Shown here piece by piece: positions 40,101-52,677 of a stretch of DNA of 64,000 nucleotides. The first letter of the stretch is position 1, and every line of letters starts with the position of its first letter. Under the pieces are notes generated by a model, which saw only the letters and a list, made by a program, of their open reading frames with translations, made no database searches and was not told the origin of the DNA. A program made the position numbers and the translations under genes. Source of the stretch: Octopus vulgaris. Its lineage: Eukaryota. The stretch lies in assembly GCA_951406725.2 (NCBI GenBank), contig OX597815.1:176142001-176206000 (forward strand). The letters run 5' to 3'.

Positions 40101-40218
40101 TCTGACAGCTGTTTCAGTCAAGAGGTCATAGTACCCCACTTTACTTTTATCCCTTCAGTGAACTGATTTGGTAGATAAGATTAAGGTACTTGGGTGTGCA
40201 TCTGGGTTTCGTCAGAGA
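40101..40218 (-). ncRNA. Minimal type I hammerhead ribozyme motif with a long, poorly paired stem II
   Basis: Minus strand: UCU-CUGACGA-(about 93 nt)-GAAA-CAGCUG-UC-AGA. Intact core, palindromic ACAGCUGU stem III, GUC cleavage triplet, 3-bp stem I. The base of stem II does not pair well. Confidence 0.6.
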
Positions 40219-40271
40219 GTTTAGAAGGTTCACAAGGTTAAGTTATAAATATTAAAAAATAATAAATAAAT

Positions 40272-40495
40272 GTGCCAGGCTCGTGGACTCGGTTTCTATG
40301 GCGTATGAGTTCACCAGCAGGACGGATGGTCGCCAGTCCATCGCAGCGTTACTCATTTTTGTCAGCTGAGTGGACTGGAGCAACGTGAAATGAAGTGTTT
40401 TGCTCAAGAACACAACGCGTCGCCCGGTCCAGGAATCGAAACCACAACCTTACGATCATGATGTTGACACCCTAACCACTAAGCCACGTGCCTCC
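40272..40495 (-). mobile_element. SINE family C-related copy
   Basis: Reverse strand ggaggcacgtggcttagtggttagggtgt..ggtttcgattcc..gtgttcttgagcaaaacact. Related heads occur at about 49400-49505 and 62401-62500. Confidence 0.8.
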
Positions 40496-40769
40496 ACTAT
40501 AAATATAAATCCATACATACATATATATATATACACACTTTTACATATACATACATATACATAAATACATATCTATACATTTATATGTATATGCATACAA
40601 AGGAATAAATTATTATTAGGTGTATTATATTTTTCTTATTAGATAAAGTATAAACAGAGGAAAGAAAAATTATCAAAAGAGAAATAATATATCTTAAGAT
40701 TATTGTAGTTATGTACAAATGAAAAGGTATATGAGGAATAATAATACCCGTATGGTATCACTCAAGAAT

Positions 40770-41410
40770 TGACACAAAGCGCGGCCTCTCTTGGACACAA
40801 GATCACTACATCAAATCACACTTAGAAGGTTATGCGTTTGCAATCCAGGAACAGAAGACTGCCACAAAGTACCTGGTGAGCAAGAGAGACAGTGACGCTC
40901 TTGTAATCCCAAGGTGCAACCGCATGTATAGGCTATGTCATGTTTCTATGGAAGACATTAACGCATGTGATTAGCAGCTGTCCTAAAATGTCGTTACGAT
41001 ACCACCGCCTTATGCGACACGATGTTGTTGCTAAAACAATTTACAATGCCATCCGCAAAAAAGTGTTCTGAAATAAACTTAGAAAATCCCTCTATTATGG
41101 AATACATCCATAAACACCAACTGAAGGAATACTGGTGGAATATTCCCGTCAAGACGTCTGTCAAATGTAAGCATAACAGGCCGGATATTATAGTTTGGGA
41201 CAGAGGGGCAAAGGTATGTACCACCATGGAGGTTAATTGCCCTGCAGATATAAATATCTCTTTGAAAATCAAAGAAAAAGTGGATATCTATAGGCAACTG
41301 CTTCGAAACCACCAGCTTCTATATCCAGACTATGAATTTATATTCATAGCAACAATAATTGGAGCAGTAGGTTTTGTTAGTAAATGCTGAAAGGAGAATC
41401 TGGATAAACT
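40770..41410 (+). mobile_element. Fragment of an RLE-type non-LTR retrotransposon (R2/R4/NeSL group)
   Basis: Zinc-knuckle remnant (..HVISSCPKM), RHDVVAK, then YWWNIPVKT..HNRPDIIVWD..EVNCP..KEK..Y, which matches the PD-(D/E)xK restriction-like endonuclease pattern. Confidence 0.82.
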
Positions 41411-41474
41411 GTGTGTGTGTATGTGTATGTGTATATATATATATATATATATATACATACACATATATACATAT

Positions 41475-41523
<49 letters not shown>

Positions 41524-41769
41524 ACAGTCTTAAATATTAATGGGTGCTGACCTGACTACAAGCACTAATGTTTCAGACTGTCCCTTTCCAAATTAAGCAA
41601 TACAATGCCCCTAGTAAGTGACTCCTCTACCATTCCCTTACCTGCTTCCACCACCCCTGTGTAACTTGTCTTCCCCTGTTCTCTATTCTACTCGAACATT
41701 CTCAACTTCTCTTACCGTCATCACACAACAGCCTTTCCTCTCCACTGCTCTGCTTGTTATATCCAGAAA

Positions 41770-41900
41770 TGGCCCTGATGAATGTAGCATTAATTAATTC
41801 CCTTAGGTCGTTCAATTTGCCTCAACTGATCAATAGACCAGTTGAGTGTAAACCTATCAGTAATGTACCTATAATGACTACTGGAAACAGTTGTAAGCTA
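41770..41900 (+). ncRNA. Minimal type I hammerhead ribozyme motif, partly decayed, with extended stem II
   Basis: UGGCC-CUGAUGA(41775-41781)-auGUAGCAUUA...UAAUGaCUACug-GAAA(41884-41887)-CAGUUG-UA-AGCUA. Stem I pairs at 4 of 5 positions; the 16.6 kb copies indicate a CAGCUG consensus. Confidence 0.6.
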
Positions 41901-42114
41901 AATTTTCTTCAATAAAGGAATATGTAATGACCTTTATTTTTAGCTTGTTTCGTATATATTATAAATAGATGAATGAATTATCCTTTCTGTACCGTTAACA
42001 TAGAAAATTCAATAAACAGTTACCAGAGTAGCAAAATTCACTCAAGTAACAAGGATGTAGCGACCTATTCAAAGGTAGAAACTCCGGGTTAATGTGTAGT
42101 AATTTGTGTAGCAT

Positions 42115-42197
42115 CTTTCCTGATGAGAAGATTGCATTTTACACCGTTTATTCCTTTGGAATAAAACCAATGTTGTCTTCGAAACATATGTCGAAAG
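42115..42197 (+). ncRNA. Apparently intact minimal type I hammerhead ribozyme
   Basis: Stem I CUUUC(42115-42119)/GAAAG(42193-42197); core CUGAUGA(42120-42126); stem II GAAGAU/GUCUUC with G-C closing pair and inner hairpin UUUAUUCC/GGAAUAAA; GAAA(42181-42184); palindromic stem III ACAUAUGU; GUC triplet with predicted cleavage after C42192. Confidence 0.85.
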
Positions 42198-42240
42198 TAA
42201 AAGAATTTTAATAGCATCTGCGTTCAACTCCATTTATTTA

Positions 42241-42296
<56 letters not shown>

Positions 42297-42968
42297 TGCA
42301 TGGTATGAATTAGAGGTGACAGAAGAAATCTATAAAATATTGTGCGCTTATAACAATTTAAGTCTACTCACATCACCATTCTTCTATTGTCTTCAAACTT
42401 TCGGTTGGTGGGATGGCAAATGAAGTGGACATCAAGAGACACCTTCACGCCAGTGCATTACTGTGATAAACGCTTGTACAACACAAGGACTAATCTCTGC
42501 ATCATTGTGATTAGTACCGAAGGACATGCCGAAGCAAGAGGAGCAGCACTCATGCGAAACCGTAGGTTTTAAATTAGAGTGTCCCTTACCTAGAATGATG
42601 GTGTCATAACAGCAAAGGGTCTCTTACTCCCAGCGGTTTTACTGCGCGCACTGACACCAACCGAAGGTATTTCTGCGTCCCCACGCTCAGATGGATTGTT
42701 TTCAGATATGTTAGTTAAAACATAGCCTGAGACCCTGACAGCTCCAGCTACTCCAGGTCAGCGTTGAATTGGGAACAATAGGGGGCCAGGTGGTGGTTCC
42801 AAACTCCTCAAAATCCTGGAACTCCCGAACCAGAACCCTGCTACTGGATGCAGTGTAGACACAAACACACACACACACACGCATAAATAAATATACACAT
42901 GTATATATACATGCATATATATATATACTTGCATGACTTTACATACACACACATATTTATATGTACTC

Positions 42969-43017
<49 letters not shown>

Positions 43018-43651
43018 GTTTATCAATTTGTGTTGCAAGATTCCTGATGTGAAAACGTGTTGAAACAGATATTGTTGTATTATCGGGGTGGTCATTTTCT
43101 TTTCTTTTTTGCCAAATAAACACATGGCCATCCCGAATATAATAACCGTCCCGAAATATAACAATATATGCATGTACTCTTGATATTGCTACCAATGAAA
43201 CCGGAAGATCAGTGCAAATGGTTATTACTGTCAAAAAACATTAAAGACGGAATAAAATTTCACGAAGTCTTAAACACATTTGGTTCCAGAAGGGAATCAG
43301 TTAACTGCATTGTTCAAAAAGGCAGAGATTTTCCTTACTGCCTCCCAGTGCTGTCTTAGAGTCATCGCTGAAATTGTAAATGTCAAAAGAGACTACAAAT
43401 TACTGGAATAATTGGTTCAAAGACTTCTGGGCAATTTGTTTAGTTCAGTACTGGAAAGCTCTTTCCGCCATGTGCAGCTGTCTCATCTAAAATTCACGAA
43501 ACAACCAACATATAATTTACTATTGTTAATGAGATACTGGTTGAATAGATTACGTTAACCAGTTGAATTCTTTTAGGATTCATTTATTTTGCGTCATTTT
43601 AGTTATATTCCTGTAAATAAATGCAGGCATGTATTTATATATAGCCCTTGC

Positions 43652-44024
43652 CTTTTATTTGTTTCAGTCATTAGACTGCGGCCATGCTGAGGCAACAGTT
43701 TCAAGAGTTTTTAGTCGAACGAATCCACCCCAGAACTTATATCTTAAAATCCGGTACTTATGCTATCACTCACTTTCGACGAACGGTTAAGTTGCGGCGA
43801 CGTAAACACACCAACACCGGTTGTCAAGTGATGGGGACAAACACAAATACAAATCACACGCGCACGACGGGCTTCTTTCAGTTTCTGTCTACCAAAATCC
43901 CACTGTCAAGGCTTTGGTCGGCTCGAGGCCATAGCAGACAGCGCTTGCCCAACGTGCCACACAGTGGGACTGAATCAGGGACCATGTTGTTAGGAAGCAA
44001 GCTTTTTACCACACAACCACGCCT
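43652..44024 (-). mobile_element. SINE family A, full length, diverged
   Basis: tttcagtcattagactgcggccatgctg..gggcttctttcagtttc..gtgggactgaa..accacacaaccacgcct. Confidence 0.85.
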
Positions 44025-46999
44025 ATTCTTCCGATTTCATGTCAGCTACATATATTAATATCCCATAACCTGAATCTTCAGTTATGTTCCGCCTGGTATT
44101 CTAATTCAAAGAATTACTTTAGATACAGGGAACGTCTACTGGCGATGTGTTTGGGAATGAAACTTGGAAACCTTTGCGAACCACGAGACCAGACAGAAAC
44201 CAATTTTGTACGTGAGTGAGCACAGTCAATCCTAAATATTACTTATACTTTTTCTATGGAAAAAGGATGGGCGAAAGGTCAATTACAGCTCTTCATCATA
44301 TGGTCCACTATGCTAGTAATTTTCAGGACCTATATTGATTACAGCGATTAAATTGAATTTTATTGATTTCAATTTTATTGATTATCGATGTAAAGCAATT
44401 CATAGATTATTTTGACAAAAGTAAAATCCTCCAACGCCTTTCGGTGAAAGATAAGATTGTTTAGAGAATACAGATGCATATATTAAATCTAAACGAGTAT
44501 AAAGACAAAGGTCATTGTACATATTTTGCGTTCAATCGTCCTTGTTTTATTTGCACTTCTATAATAGACTAGAAAAAAAATTAATTGTAATTGAAGAAAT
44601 CCTATATTGTAGATTTGTATAACTCCCAAAGGGAGGCAGATAAAATCTGCCTTTTATAATAAGAGATATCCATACGAAATGTTGGAGGATTTCGAAGAAG
44701 AAGAAAGGGTACTTTGAAGAGAAGAAACTGTAAATGCTATTGATTTTTACTTTTAAACAATGTACGAAGCCATCGATGATCGGACAGACACAAAAGCGTT
44801 CCGGTGAACATATCTTCTCTTTTTTCAGAACTGGTGTACTAGGACTAGTGTCCTTCACTATTTAAAGTGATAATATGATTTGAGTGAGAGTTTGATTCTA
44901 TTTCTAGCTGGGTGAGTATCCATCCAAGTTTATTTTTACCTTATATTACAGAAGCAACTTCTTAAAATAAACGTTTCTGCCAACTCGCCGCCTTATCCGG
45001 TGATAATATTAGTATCATAAGTGAAAAGATGAATATTAATTCTACTTGTTTCGGTCATTTGACTACGGCTATGCTGGGGCACCATCTGTGCACAATAAAT
45101 TTTTAATCGTAATTTCACTCCTAGTTGAATTTTTTTTTTAAATTCCTGGTGGCCAGTTTTTTTGTCTTTTTTTTAGTTTTTACAAAGAGAAATAGAATTA
45201 CAAATAGTTTGTGAGCATTTCAGGACCCATAACATTATACGAAATCAAATGCTGGCTGGGAACAAAGCAGCAAAACTGTTTCATAGAGACATGATCCGAG
45301 TTATCGACGACAGAATCTCCATTTAGTTGTGTCACACCGATTCGAACATCGTTGGCGTCTCATTGCTCGCTCGAATCGAATATGGAAGGATGGATACCGA
45401 TGTCAATCTTAGCCAGTTTGCCTGCACAGATGACCAAAAATCCAGAGTTTGGATAGGTTAGCCAAAGACATGGGTGTCGCCAATGGGATACTTGAAGACA
45501 TCTTGGATCGCCCAAAATGAAGAGGAAACGCCAATTAAAGGAGAATAAAATTAAGACCAATCAAATAATAAAATTAGCCATCAGCCGTACGCCGAAACAA
45601 ATTCATAAACGTCGTTTTCTTCTTAGTTCAAGAAAGAAAACTAAAACATAACTATAATTGTTGGAAGGGAAGAAGGGTATTCGTTTCCTTCCTGTCGTTT
45701 CTAAGAGGAAGAGAATGAATTTAGGGAAATTAAAACTAAATTCATCATCGAAGGAAAAAAGGACATGCAATTGTTATGCGTTTGCACTTATAAATTTGCT
45801 CTAAAGGTTATCCGAGCTGTTGAAACCCAATTTACACGATTATCAATTAATCTCGAGATTATGAACTATCACTATTTCGAGCCACATTGCATTAGTTTCT
45901 CTGTTAATATACTTCCTAAATACTCTCCGACCTATGTGCAGACACTTTATAAGAATTTCGTCGGATATATTATACAATGATTCCAAAGAATTTTTACAAC
46001 TTTAAGAGGGAAGAATGCAATGCGTTTATGTACAGAGGTGCTTCTCTACTTAAACATTTTAATACATTAAGCTAGATTGTATGACTCAATTAACTTTCAG
46101 ATTATCATTTAACTCTACCCTTGTATTTTAAGGAATAATTATAATCCTTGTATTATTTAGTGAGAACATGCAATTCCAGCGATTGTATGCCAGCATATTT
46201 AGTCACTCACACTTTTGCTGCATTCAGTTTGTGTAAATTCTGTATGTTCTTATAAATCAACCCCCTTCTATTGGACTTATCTATAAAGACGAGTATCCAT
46301 TTATTTCTGAAGTAAAATAATATGCAAATATATAATTAGCGTCTACAATATATCATTTTCCTCTGTATGCCACGTTCAGATATATTTTGCATCGGTAGAA
46401 AACAACTTTCGATAGAAAATGAGGTGGGGAGGGAGTTTTGCAATCTACCAAGTTCATCTGTTTCCATTGATTGTTGCATTGAAGGAGAAATGTACTAGTG
46501 TAGAGATACAATATAATATATTCAGATTAATTACAAACAGTCTTTCAACTAATTAGAAACATTAACCTTTCCCCTATTTTTATCTTCAGAAAAATCGATG
46601 TGGCATTAGGTGATTTTTAATATGGTTAATTATAGAAATTTAAGTTGACCATCTCTGTGAAATGCCTAATAAGTAATCTTTTAGCATTAAAGAAAGGCGT
46701 ATATTTAGAAAAAGATATTCTCATATGTTGCAAACTTTTTTCTATACATTCTACAGTATTTATTATATTTAGATGACCTCTACATAAACAAAATACTTTG
46801 TCAAAGAGCTGTATTCATCACTATGATATGTCTTTCTGGCTATACGCTTGAATTGTCTTCTTCGAATACTCCCAGATATATTTGGTCACACACTCTGATG
46901 AAAGTAGCATATCGTCTATGTGTAAACAGTGGAGTTGGAAGATACTCTCCGCGCTTCTTTAAACTTTGTCTTTGACATTTATTTATTGTTATAACAATA

Positions 47000-48060
47000 A
47001 CGGGATTTATAGGAAACTGCGATTCTTTAAAGCGAATGATAAATTCGTGTCAGGCGGCTGAAAAGAAATTCGGGAAATCATTAGCAGCTTTCCGGGGTGA
47101 AACCACAAAGTGTGCTGAAGGTCAGTAAATAGGGAATAGGGAATAGCGCTGAGGACTGAGTATCGAGTACAAGTGCTGTTTCCGTGATCTTAGTTGAGAG
47201 GCATTACTGAAGTTCTTGTCTGAATTTTGTTGATGCGAGGAGGTAGACAACTGATATTTGGTTAATTCAAAAACATTCTTTAATAAATTTTTTTTTTCAC
47301 TGAGTCACCTCTTCTCAGTATAATCACAACTCCAGGAAGCTTCTTCATAATTCTATCGTTGAGTTGATCAACCTCGTCGGTTTTGTTGCTGGAATAGTTT
47401 AGGAAGTCATCCATTGTTCATTTTCGTCGTGTAGGAAAGACGAAATAACAATAGCGTCTAGAAAAGGTGTGTGTACTAATGTCTGGAACACTTCCTTCAT
47501 CAATTTGTACAGTGGCTTATCCAATTAAATGCTGCAAAATCAGTGTTTAAACAATTGAAATCTCTCATAATTGTCGGGATGCAAAACTTTTGCATGAACT
47601 TGAAATAGATCTTCTTGCATACAGTGGTTACCAAAATACCCAGGTTACTGGTAGAAGTTGCCTGAAATCTCTGTTGACGACTAATAATTTCTCTCAAACT
47701 GTCTGATTCAAAGCTTGGAGAAAATATATAATGGCACATTGAAGATTCGCACACCACTAACTGAGCATCATGCAGAAGGCGATCAGTTGCATAATAAGAA
47801 TATATATTAGAGTTTACCAGAATGGGAAAGTTCAAGCGAGAATAGGCAGTCCGTCCGAGCTGTAATAGTGTAGCCACGAAACGATGAAGCTATCACAAGT
47901 GCAATTCAACCACTTCTGCGAACATAAGGTCACATTCAGCAGGAATACTTTTGCCTGTTCCACATGTAGCATTAATAAATATCAAGTCACCTTTAATATT
48001 GCCAGTTTTTCTTTTGTTGCATAAATATGCAATTAATAATCAGGCATTACTTACTTTTGT
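47000..48060 (-). mobile_element. Helitron remnant (PIF1-type helicase), degenerate
   Basis: Minus-strand LIFINATCGTGK (Walker A), IALVIASS..ATLLQLGRTAYSRLNFP (AATLLPGGRTAHSRFKIP-like), FRQLLP and DQLNDRIMKKLPG occur in the expected order. Confidence 0.8.
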
Positions 48061-48120
48061 CAGTCTGCTTCATTCATAGTCTAGTCTGGGAGGCGTTTCC
48101 TTGAAACAGAAGGGATAAAT

Positions 48121-48296
48121 TTAACCCTTTAAACTGGCCATATCTGGCCCAAATATCCTACCTGTTTTATGATCATAGCAGCTAGATCAAGCCTCTCACA
48201 CTTACTCTACAATGTCATTGTAGAAGTAATTCAAAATCATGTGAATAAATATGTTTTACATTTGACAGAGTAATCGGAATGCTAAAAGAGACTAAC
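48121..48296. mobile_element. Possible piggyBac-type MITE
   Basis: Starts TTAA-CCCTTTA; the right end (gctaaaagagactaa) is only a degenerate match. Confidence 0.35.
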
Positions 48297-48936
48297 TAAA
48301 CGAGATATAATATAATATTTGAGTGTGTTACAAATTTGAAAACTAAAAACACTTGGACATAGAGACCATACCTAACTAGGGGAAAATAGGTGGATACAGA
48401 AAGCAAGGCCCGGTTAGATATTCTACAAGTTAATTAAAATGTATGTACATAAGTCTCTAGATATCATCCTAAGATATCATCTAGCTGAGTTTCAGTTTAT
48501 ATATAATCTAAGTGAAATAGAGAAATACCTATGAGGGTCAGTGCCATGAATATGGAGAATGCCATGAATATGGAAAATAAACATTAATTTTGAATAATGC
48601 AAATTACTCTAGGCCATAAATGTTTTCTATTCTTTTCGTACATGTCTATTGTTCGTGTTTGCTGGAGTCAAGTAAGACAACTGCTGCGCTGATGATAAAT
48701 ATTGAGGCAGAAACACGTGTAATTAGGTGTTTTTCAGGTTTTTAATGCCTGGGTTCATTCCTTTCGTTTGACATTTGCTGTAATTGCCACGATGATTGAA
48801 TTTACTTTCAAAGGGGATATGCTTTTAATAAATCAACAATTTTCTTGAATGATATCAGCATACTTTTATATACATGCAAGCACATACACACATATACGCA
48901 CGCACACACTTTCTGTATTTCACAAACACACACACA

Positions 48937-48991
<55 letters not shown>

Positions 48992-49720
48992 GAGTGTAAG
49001 ATTTAGAGAGGAACATATACAGATATTTAATCTATATTTATTACTTCTAGATGTTGTTCCATTTTGAATTCCTGTTCAACTTGAATCAAAAATATCTACA
49101 AAGATTGGAAATTTGCGATGAGGATTTTCCTTTTATACGAAACAATACTGAAATTGAATAATATAAGAAACACACATTTCATTCAAATTCATAAATCAAC
49201 ACCAATGCGAGATCTGCAAGTGAAGACAGGCAACTCTTTAGCACGTTTGTTGTTGTTTGTTCCTTCTCGAGCCACGCCAGTTTCATTGGCGTATAGATCC
49301 GTCGCAGGTGAGCTGCTAGATGCAAGAGGAAAGAATGAGAGAAAGTTGTGGCGAAAGAATCAGAAGTTCGCCATTACCTTCTGTCGGAGCCGTGTGGAGC
49401 TTAGGTGTTTCGTTCATAAACACACACATCGCCCGGTCTGAGATTCGAACCCGCGGTCTTTCGACCGCGATTCCGCTGTTCTAAGCACTAAGTTATGTGC
49501 CTCCACACAACATTTAGTATAAAGGGTAAAAATGTTGCGTTCGATGATATTTGATCCCTGAGTATTGAATCGTTAGTCGCCTTTGGTATTTCAAAGGAAA
49601 CGTTAAGTTTTATTTAAGCAGAAAAATGTGTAAATCTTAAGGAAAATTTTGCAGTTTATACTAATATTAAGTTCTAACACCAAGTTATTAGTATGGCTAT
49701 GACAAAGCGAAATCGTAATA

Positions 49721-49753
<33 letters not shown>

Positions 49754-50236
49754 GCAATGGGCTTCTTTTAGTTTCCGTCTACCAACACACATACACGTCT
49801 ATATATAAAGTCACTAATGTACGTAAAGAGATTTGGGAATTCGCAGTCGTGTCGTGCAAGTAGCACCTCTGATTGCTAAGATGAATTAAACTGACTTAAT
49901 TGTCATTTTAAAGTACATCTCACCAGCAATTAAGCGCTATACTTTAGAATTTCGCCGTTACTATGTGGCCTGAGTGTATGTTAGGAAGCCGACGACAGAA
50001 GCAGCGAAGTGTCACGTAATCTGAAGATATATTGTTGCAGCTTTTACAACATTTCAATTGCCGAACACTTAACAAGAAAAGCAGCAAAAATAACACCGCT
50101 GAACATTTTATCTTCCTTATAAAATTTGTCCTGTTTTTCAATTAAAGTAATTACTGTTTCACTAACATTTAAAGAATTTAAGCATCTCTCTATCAGGTCT
50201 TAATAAGTGTATCATATTGGTTTGAAAGTTTGCAGA

Positions 50237-50421
50237 AGGCCAGAAATTTCGGGGGAGAGGCTAAGTCGACGCCAGTATTCAGCTGGTACTTATTCTATCG
50301 ACTCCGAAAGGATGAAAAGTAGAGTCAACTTCGGTGGAATTTGAACTCAAGATGTGAAAACGTATGAAATACCGATAAGTAATTTTCCCGGCGTGCTAAC
50401 GATTCTGCCAGGTCGCTGCCG
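50237..50421 (-). mobile_element. SINE family B
   Basis: ctggtacttattctatcgactccgaaaggatgaaa..ggaatttgaactc..cgtgctaacgattctgccag. Confidence 0.8.
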
Positions 50422-51169
50422 TATATAAATGTATCATATTGACAATGATCGAACTATATTATCTGACAGATTTCAAAATACAACAGATTTTCCGCTCATT
50501 TTTGCTATTGGTTCTGTTGACATTGTGTAAAGTTTGGACTTTGTGTTGGAATGTTTTGAAATATGTTATAGAGCTCTCTCTCTTTTTTTCTTTTGGGTTG
50601 TGGTTGGAAATATAAGGTAGCTTTTTAATTCTGATGCATCCCTTTGTTTTATTTGTCTTATTTTCTGGATATGATATTAAATGTATTGCAACGTTTTGTA
50701 TTCCCTAACCGATGAAGAATGGCGGGTAATCCATGTCGAGGAATGTATCCTTCAGTTCTCGAAGTCGTATTTCACGAATATTTTTATAGGATACAATTGC
50801 GAAGATCCTTTTGGTTAGATTATTATATGTCTCTGATGACACAAATTGAAAAACATTGTTTGGAGTCCGTAGCTTTATATTATATGTCTATTTCTACTGC
50901 AGCTACTACTGCCACCACACTATACAAAAGAACAAACAATTACTAAAACTCTAACCACTGTTACAGGCAACTACCAACATGTTGATTGTTTAAAGAAAAA
51001 TATATGAACTTTCAAAAATGATGTCATGAAACATCAATCTAATTTAACTTATAATCTTTTAATAAATTTAGCATAATTAGATCAGGTAAACCAAATGGAG
51101 CCTGTAACATATTCTTGCTTTTATTCATGAAGTTCTCAAAGTATTTCCCTCTTTTTAATATACATTTAT

Positions 51170-51815
51170 TCGTGTGATATCTCGTCTTCACCCATACATG
51201 ATCCATTATCCGTACTTCTGCTCTCTCTCTCTCTCCCAGCATCCCCACCCTCATCCACCCCCCTTCCTCCTTCATCCATCACCCCTCCAATCCGATCCCT
51301 CCAACTCCCACATCTTCTTCAACTCATCCCTTTCCTCTTTCAAACGCGCCCCTAATCTATGTGACCTTCTGGTTCATAGGCACTCGACCTGGCTCTTTCC
51401 CTTGCTCCCGCCCATTCTGTCGTGCCTGTCCCTACCTCTCCAACACCACTATCTTCGTCGGCACCCACCACCGCCCTTACCACATCACCGATTCATTCAC
51501 CTACATCTCCAGCAATGTTATCTACTGTATACTCTGCTTTCTCTTTCCTTCCCTATACATTGGTCAAATGGGACTCCGCTTAACCGACCGGTTCACTGAA
51601 CATCTCCAAGACATCAGACTCGGAAATGGCACCCCTGTCTCTCGCACTTTTCGCTCGACCAGTCATTCATTACAACATCTCTCTCTCTCTCTCTCTCTCT
51701 GTTCGGACTATCTTTGCACAGAATCCACCCGTACTCAACCGAGAGCAGGAATTGATTTTCTATCTTCATTTCTTTGCTCCTAGTGGTCTAAATTCGTCAC
51801 CTATCTTCATCTAAA
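51170..51815 (+). mobile_element. Penelope-like element 3' fragment (Cys linker plus GIY-YIG endonuclease)
   Basis: FKRAPNLCDLLV, PCSRPFCRACP, SSNVIYCILC..SLYIGQMGLRLTDRFTEH and REQELIF..PSGLN. Confidence 0.88.
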
Positions 51816-52189
51816 ACCAACCCTACATACATACCTCTCACCTTCCACTGCTCCCATTCCTGCACACCGTCCGTTCCATCCCTGTACACTGCCTAACTCA
51901 GTGCCCTCACCATACACCTTTATGTAAACACCCACACACAGTTTACTTCAGTACTCACAACACATACCATTATGTACACATCCAAACATGCACATGCAAA
52001 CACACACACACACACATATCCATTCCCATTCCATACACAGTAGCACCCAACAACTCCTAACGCCTAACTACCGTCACCTCATCCCACCTCGCATCTCCAC
52101 GCATTCCCTTCCACGGCATAAATATATTCCGGATAACATTATAAATATGTATGAATGGTTTTAGATGAAGAGACGTGACGAATTTATAC

Positions 52190-52677
52190 TACAACCATTT
52201 TTACTGCCATTAACATACTAACTCAACCACCACCACTCTTGCAACTACAACCATATCTACTACTAATGCCACCGACACTAGCACCAAAACGATACACTAA
52301 TACAGTGTGTCGATAGCCAGCTGAAAGAGATGTTTTCCTGGGGTTAAAACAACAGTAACATCGTTCTTTATATGTAGTACTAACACCACAATCTGCAATA
52401 CCACTACACCGGTACTATACCAGACAGTGCACTCCCTCCGCTACTCCGACGACCAATACCACCACTTTTCCACCATTGCCAATATTACGACACATTCGCG
52501 ACTATACCTGCACCACCAAAACTACAAACACGACCACAGGACCACTACAATTACCATCATGACGACAACCATTTTTACTGCCATTAACTACTAACTGAAC
52601 CACCACTACTATTGCAACTACAACCATATCTACAACTAATACCACCAACACTAGCACCAAAACGATACACTAATACA
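52190..52677 (+). repeat. Direct repeat of about 113 bp (52190-52303 and 52565-52677) in an (ACT/ACC)-rich tract
   Basis: acaaccatttttactgccattaac...ctagcaccaaaacgatacactaataca occurs twice. Confidence 0.85.

Noticed and set aside
46886-46930. CUGAUGA at about 46886 as a hammerhead
   Set aside because: No pairing stem II and no GAAA/NUH arrangement.
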